Below are positions 60,516-64,000 of a DNA stretch of 64,000 bases, piece after piece. A program made the translations under genes and the position numbers. The number at the start of each line of letters is the position of its first letter. Within the stretch, counting starts at the first letter, position 1. Under the pieces are notes generated by a model. It made no database searches. It was not told the origin of the DNA and worked only from the letters and a program-made list of their open reading frames with translations. The DNA is from an uncultured archaeon (GTDB taxonomy: Archaea > Asgardarchaeota > Lokiarchaeia > Sigyniarchaeales > SOKP01). The stretch spans positions 30,684 to 94,683 of the forward strand of contig CAYUTF010000003.1 in NCBI GenBank assembly GCA_964447495.1. The letters are read 5' to 3'.

Positions 60516-60634
60516 AATATAAGTTCATCTCATTGATACTTCCTAAACCCTTAATGTTACAAAAGATTAATTTCAAATATAAACTTAATATTATAAAATT
60601 AATAATTGAATGCAAACTGAAGTAGGGATAAAAT

Positions 60635-61261
60635 TTGAGTAAGATTGTATTAATTAATGGTTCACCAAGAAAAAACAGAGCATGTAACTTTTTACTTGAA
60701 CAAGCAATTGAGGGAATTAAGTTAATAGCAGACAATATTGAAATAAAGAAAATAAATATTACCGATTATAACATTACTCCTTGTAATGGTTGTGATCAAT
60801 GCTTAAGACCACCAAATGATTGTCCTCTTGCGGAAAGTGATGATACGAATAAATTAGAGGATATCGTATTAAATAGTGATGCGATTATAATAGCTGCTCC
60901 AAATTATTTTGGTTCAGTAAGTTCTCAGATTAAAACATTAATAGACCGTTCAAGACCATGGAAGATGAAAAATTATTTATTGAAAGATGTTATATTAGCT
61001 CCAATGGCGGCTACTGGTCTAAGGAATGGTGGAGAGGGCGTAATAAGTGATCTAATAAATTTTGGTTTGATCCAAGGCATGATTGTTGTGGGCAATACAT
61101 TTGGAAGCCCCGTTATCGAAGGAAATATCGCAATTACCAGTGTTCAAAAGTTTTCATTGAAGGAGTTTTTAGGTAAAGGAGAACTTGATGAGCTAGCAGG
61201 ATTAATTGCAAAAGATACAGGGAAAAGAGTTGCTGAATTAGTATTAAAGTTTAAAGGTTAA
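60635..61261 (+). CDS. Flavodoxin-family / iron-sulfur flavoprotein
   Basis: NGSPRK, CNGCDQC...C, APNYFG, KTLIDR. Confidence 0.88.
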   Translation: MSKIVLINGSPRKNRACNFLLEQAIEGIKLIADNIEIKKINITDYNITPCNGCDQCLRPPNDCPLAESDDTNKLEDIVLNSDAIIIAAPNYFGSVSSQIKTLIDRSRPWKMKNYLLKDVILAPMAATGLRNGGEGVISDLINFGLIQGMIVVGNTFGSPVIEGNIAITSVQKFSLKEFLGKGELDELAGLIAKDTGKRVAELVLKFKG

Positions 61262-61319
61262 AAAAAGATAAAAAATTATTAATTTTTTTACAATCAGTAA
61301 GGATTTTAATTTATTTCAA

Positions 61320-61847
61320 CTATTCTTCCGCCGTATTTTTATCTTCATCCTCAAGAGATGCAGAAGGTTTATCAGATATTTCGTTTTCTTCTTCTTTTAA
61401 TTCTTTTTCTTTTGTTTGCTTTTCTGGTTCGAGTTTTTCTTTTAGTTCTCCTACTTCCTCTATTTCCTTAGGCTCTTCAATTGTTTCAGGTTCCTTTTCC
61501 TCTTCCACTTCCTCTTCTGTTTTCGCTTTTTCGAGCCTTTTCTTTTCTTTTTTAATTTTTGGTTCCTTCTTTTTCTCTTCTTTCTTCTTTGCTTCCTTTC
61601 TAAATTTATCAAGATATCTTGGAGGTCTGTCACCAGGCCAAGCAATATTAACTATTGCGCCTACTGTAACAATTACGACAAATAGAGCGATGTAAAATAT
61701 CAGTTCTCCAGGAAAATAGTTTAGAACGAAATTCATCCATGCAACCATCCATTCTCCCATTGGGGATACGATTGGGCGTAAAAAGTTCAAAATAGCAGCA
61801 ATTATATCTGCTAAGGTTTGTATTAATTCAGGTGATTGAAAGATTAT
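61320..61847 (-). CDS. Membrane protein with highly charged K/E tail
   Basis: One TM segment, then K/E-rich tail. Frame open upstream of TTG 61790; start inferred at ATA 61847 overlapping the upstream TAA. Confidence 0.7.
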   Translation of the reverse strand: MIFQSPELIQTLADIIAAILNFLRPIVSPMGEWMVAWMNFVLNYFPGELIFYIALFVVIVTVGAIVNIAWPGDRPPRYLDKFRKEAKKKEEKKKEPKIKKEKKRLEKAKTEEEVEEEKEPETIEEPKEIEEVGELKEKLEPEKQTKEKELKEEENEISDKPSASLEDEDKNTAEE

Positions 61848-62356
61848 AGTATATCATCTCCTTCTATAATTTTATATCGTTTTTGCCTTATCTTATCTCT
61901 ATTTATGACGAAATCAACCAAATCATATCCTTTTAATACGATTGTAAGGAAATAGATGCCCATGTATAACATCACCATGTTTTGAACATCAATAGTAATA
62001 AATCCTACATTTGTAATCTCAAATACTATTTCGAATTTTACTTCCGTTGCACCACTAAATTTATATGACCATATATATAAACAGTTCAATAAAATTTGGA
62101 TTAAAGCAAACGTACCTTTTCTGATTGATTGTTTCGGAGACGAATAATTAAAGAATGCACATGCGCTAATAAGTAATCCAAAGGCAGAAATCCAAAAAAC
62201 AATACGGTTGTATTCAAGTTGCTCAAGTACGATGCTCACACCTAATAATTGGACTTCTTTTATCCAAGTAAATGTGAGGAAGGGGACAACCATTGTGGTT
62301 GTAATGTATACTCCCATATATATAATACCTTTTAATATATTTGGAAATGCTCCCAT
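61844..62356 (-). CDS. Hypothetical membrane protein (about 4 TM)
   Basis: Hydrophobic segments; GAGG upstream; operon-like spacing. Confidence 0.75.
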   Translation of the reverse strand: MGAFPNILKGIIYMGVYITTTMVVPFLTFTWIKEVQLLGVSIVLEQLEYNRIVFWISAFGLLISACAFFNYSSPKQSIRKGTFALIQILLNCLYIWSYKFSGATEVKFEIVFEITNVGFITIDVQNMVMLYMGIYFLTIVLKGYDLVDFVINRDKIRQKRYKIIEGDDIL

Positions 62357-62371
62357 TTTTATCAGCCTCTA

Positions 62372-62935
62372 TTATATATCTAATACTCCTAAGCTATAGT
62401 TAATTAGATTTACGGTGAATTTATATAATCTTAATGAGTACATCGCACTAAAGGTAAAATTCGCATGAAATTCTAAATCAGGATTTCTAAAACGATCAAT
62501 TTCAATAAGAGCAGGAATATTTGCAAAGATAAACCCATCTGAGCCTAAACCACTGAATATATCCTTAAGTACATCTCCATGTAAAACAGACCCATAATTT
62601 TGGGTTTTATCAAATATTTTAACATTCGTGGTTTCATTTAATAGTGTGGAGGCGTTCCCATAAATCATGCCTATCTGAAAGCCTATAGTTATTTCATCTA
62701 AATCGTACACTCCTACGTTTGTAATGTTAAAAGGGATAGATATACTCATTGCTGACTTATTTGTTATATCAAAATTAGCTACAATGGGACCATCAGGTAT
62801 ATTGACATTATAGCTGTCAGGATCAAGAATCGTTACAGCAGAGAAACCCCCTAATAACGACACACCTGTCAATGAGAGAGTAAACACTAAAAGAAACAGT
62901 CGAACTATCCATCTAAAAATTCGTGAAGGTCTCAT
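62372..62935 (-). CDS. Membrane-anchored exported beta-rich protein
   Basis: N-terminal TM; ISIPFNITNVGVYDL Ig/LEA14-like pattern; several N-x-S/T sequons. Confidence 0.7.
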   Translation of the reverse strand: MRPSRIFRWIVRLFLLVFTLSLTGVSLLGGFSAVTILDPDSYNVNIPDGPIVANFDITNKSAMSISIPFNITNVGVYDLDEITIGFQIGMIYGNASTLLNETTNVKIFDKTQNYGSVLHGDVLKDIFSGLGSDGFIFANIPALIEIDRFRNPDLEFHANFTFSAMYSLRLYKFTVNLINYSLGVLDI

Positions 62936-63021
62936 AATAATCAGTATGTTCTATTTTTAGGTTTAAAATTTGTTTTTATTAGATAAATTAAATTAACAAT
63001 AAATAGAATTGATATATTTAT

Positions 63022-63081
63022 AAATTTATTTATTATACGTGCTATACACACAGTATTATTGTATATGGAACGGATGCGACC
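63022..63081. repeat. 60-bp direct repeat, copy 1
   Basis: AAATTTATTTATTATACGTGCTATACACACAGTATTATTGTATATGGAACGGATGCGACC; 59/60 identical to 63853..63912. Confidence 0.95.
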
Positions 63082-63129
63082 TATAACATTATAAAGGTAA
63101 ACATTCAATTCCTTATTTGTTTAATTGAA

Positions 63130-63762
63130 TTAAAAAGTACGAATACTAAATCCAATAGTTATTCCAAGGAGGTACCCAATTACACAAATAATGTTAAGAC
63201 TTAGAACTAAAGTCCTTTTGTATTTTTTCTCAAATTGCTTAATTGCTTTTTTTATTAATTCTAGGTCTTCAGGACTGCGATCTTGCCAATATTGTCGTCC
63301 TTTATCAAACTGAGCAAACTTTCGATTATTTGCGAAGAATATGTAGGGGTGTGGTCTTATAAAGGCATGGCGCAGCCGTTGATAATGAGTCATTGGTATC
63401 GTAAGCATGAAGAAAATAAGAATCCCAATTTCAAAAATAACAAAAATAATTCCAATGATTAGCAAATAATAAATTAAGTTAAAATATGATATATATACAA
63501 AAATTGCAATAGTGGAAATCCACCCACATAATAATAGTGGAAACTCTGAAAATCGATGATATGGATTTTTTTTTAAATATAAATAAAGCATGATACCTAA
63601 TAATAATAGGGCAAATAATAGTGAAATAATTGCGGTTAGAAGATTGTTAAAAATATGGATTATTGCAATATAAATTACAGAAAGATGGATAAAATTAAGA
63701 ACTAAATTGACTCTATCTTTCCATAGCCGTGTATATACAAATTGATTTTTCTCTAAATTCAT
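63130..63762 (-). CDS. Hypothetical membrane protein between the two repeats
   Basis: 210 aa, about 5 TM segments. Confidence 0.7.
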   Translation of the reverse strand: MNLEKNQFVYTRLWKDRVNLVLNFIHLSVIYIAIIHIFNNLLTAIISLLFALLLLGIMLYLYLKKNPYHRFSEFPLLLCGWISTIAIFVYISYFNLIYYLLIIGIIFVIFEIGILIFFMLTIPMTHYQRLRHAFIRPHPYIFFANNRKFAQFDKGRQYWQDRSPEDLELIKKAIKQFEKKYKRTLVLSLNIICVIGYLLGITIGFSIRTF

Positions 63763-63852
63763 TATAAAAAAGTAATGTTAATTTGGTTTACATCCATGTA
63801 GATATAAGCAAAACTCATATTTAAATCATGTAAACACTATAATTTTATTTAA

Positions 63853-63912
63853 AAATTTATTTATTATACGTGCTATACACACAGTATTATTGTATATGGA
63901 ACGGATACGACC
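63853..63912. repeat. 60-bp direct repeat, copy 2
   Basis: Same sequence as 63022..63081 except G->A at 63907; offset 831 bp. Confidence 0.95.
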
Positions 63913-64000
63913 GTTAATCTCGTATTCTTCTACAATTTTCAAGAATAGTTCATTTTATTAGCCATATACATTAGATTCTTTTTTAATGAACAATACTCCA

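Noticed and set aside
1613-62399. Many 60-115 aa ORFs in the track overlapping longer genes (e.g. 1613..1813, 8729..9028, 13545..13886, 22820..23167, 23504..23812, 42809..43099, 60103..60336)
   Set aside because: Antisense or alternate-frame shadows of well-supported genes, with no motifs.
63022-63912. CRISPR array
   Set aside because: Only two 60-bp copies, separated by 771 bp containing a gene; no cas genes seen.
1-64000. rRNA, tRNA, transposase or integrase genes
   Set aside because: No GC-rich structured islands, cloverleaf motifs, or DDE/tyrosine-recombinase motifs recognised by eye.

Overview
Very AT-rich, gene-dense archaeal DNA, most likely an Asgard archaeon (Lokiarchaeia/Promethearchaeia). 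This is inferred from archaeal housekeeping genes (EndA-like, PINA-like ATPase, Ski2-like helicase, DRG-type GTPase) occurring alongside many eukaryotic-signature proteins: a diglycine-ending ubiquitin-like protein, an actin-family protein, a Rab-like GTPase, a longin-like protein, LRR and TPR proteins, an MPN+/JAMM protein and PCI/winged-helix proteins. About 59 plausible CDS. I saw no rRNA, tRNA, CRISPR array, transposase or integrase. Highlights: (1) an actin-family protein with a ~130-aa double zinc-ribbon insertion and altered catalytic residues; (2) a TPR / MPN+-TPR / C2HC-zinc-finger-acidic-tail / PCI-like cluster resembling a proto proteasome-lid/CSN module; (3) a 60-bp imperfectly palindromic direct repeat bracketing one gene at the right edge, resembling a gene cassette; (4) a SIRT6/7-like (class IV) sirtuin; (5) three genes that appear to start at ATT/ATA; (6) a perfect palindrome upstream of the ubiquitin-like gene; (7) a 55-aa ORF missing from the ORF track. 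All product calls come from motif recognition by eye; no database search was run.
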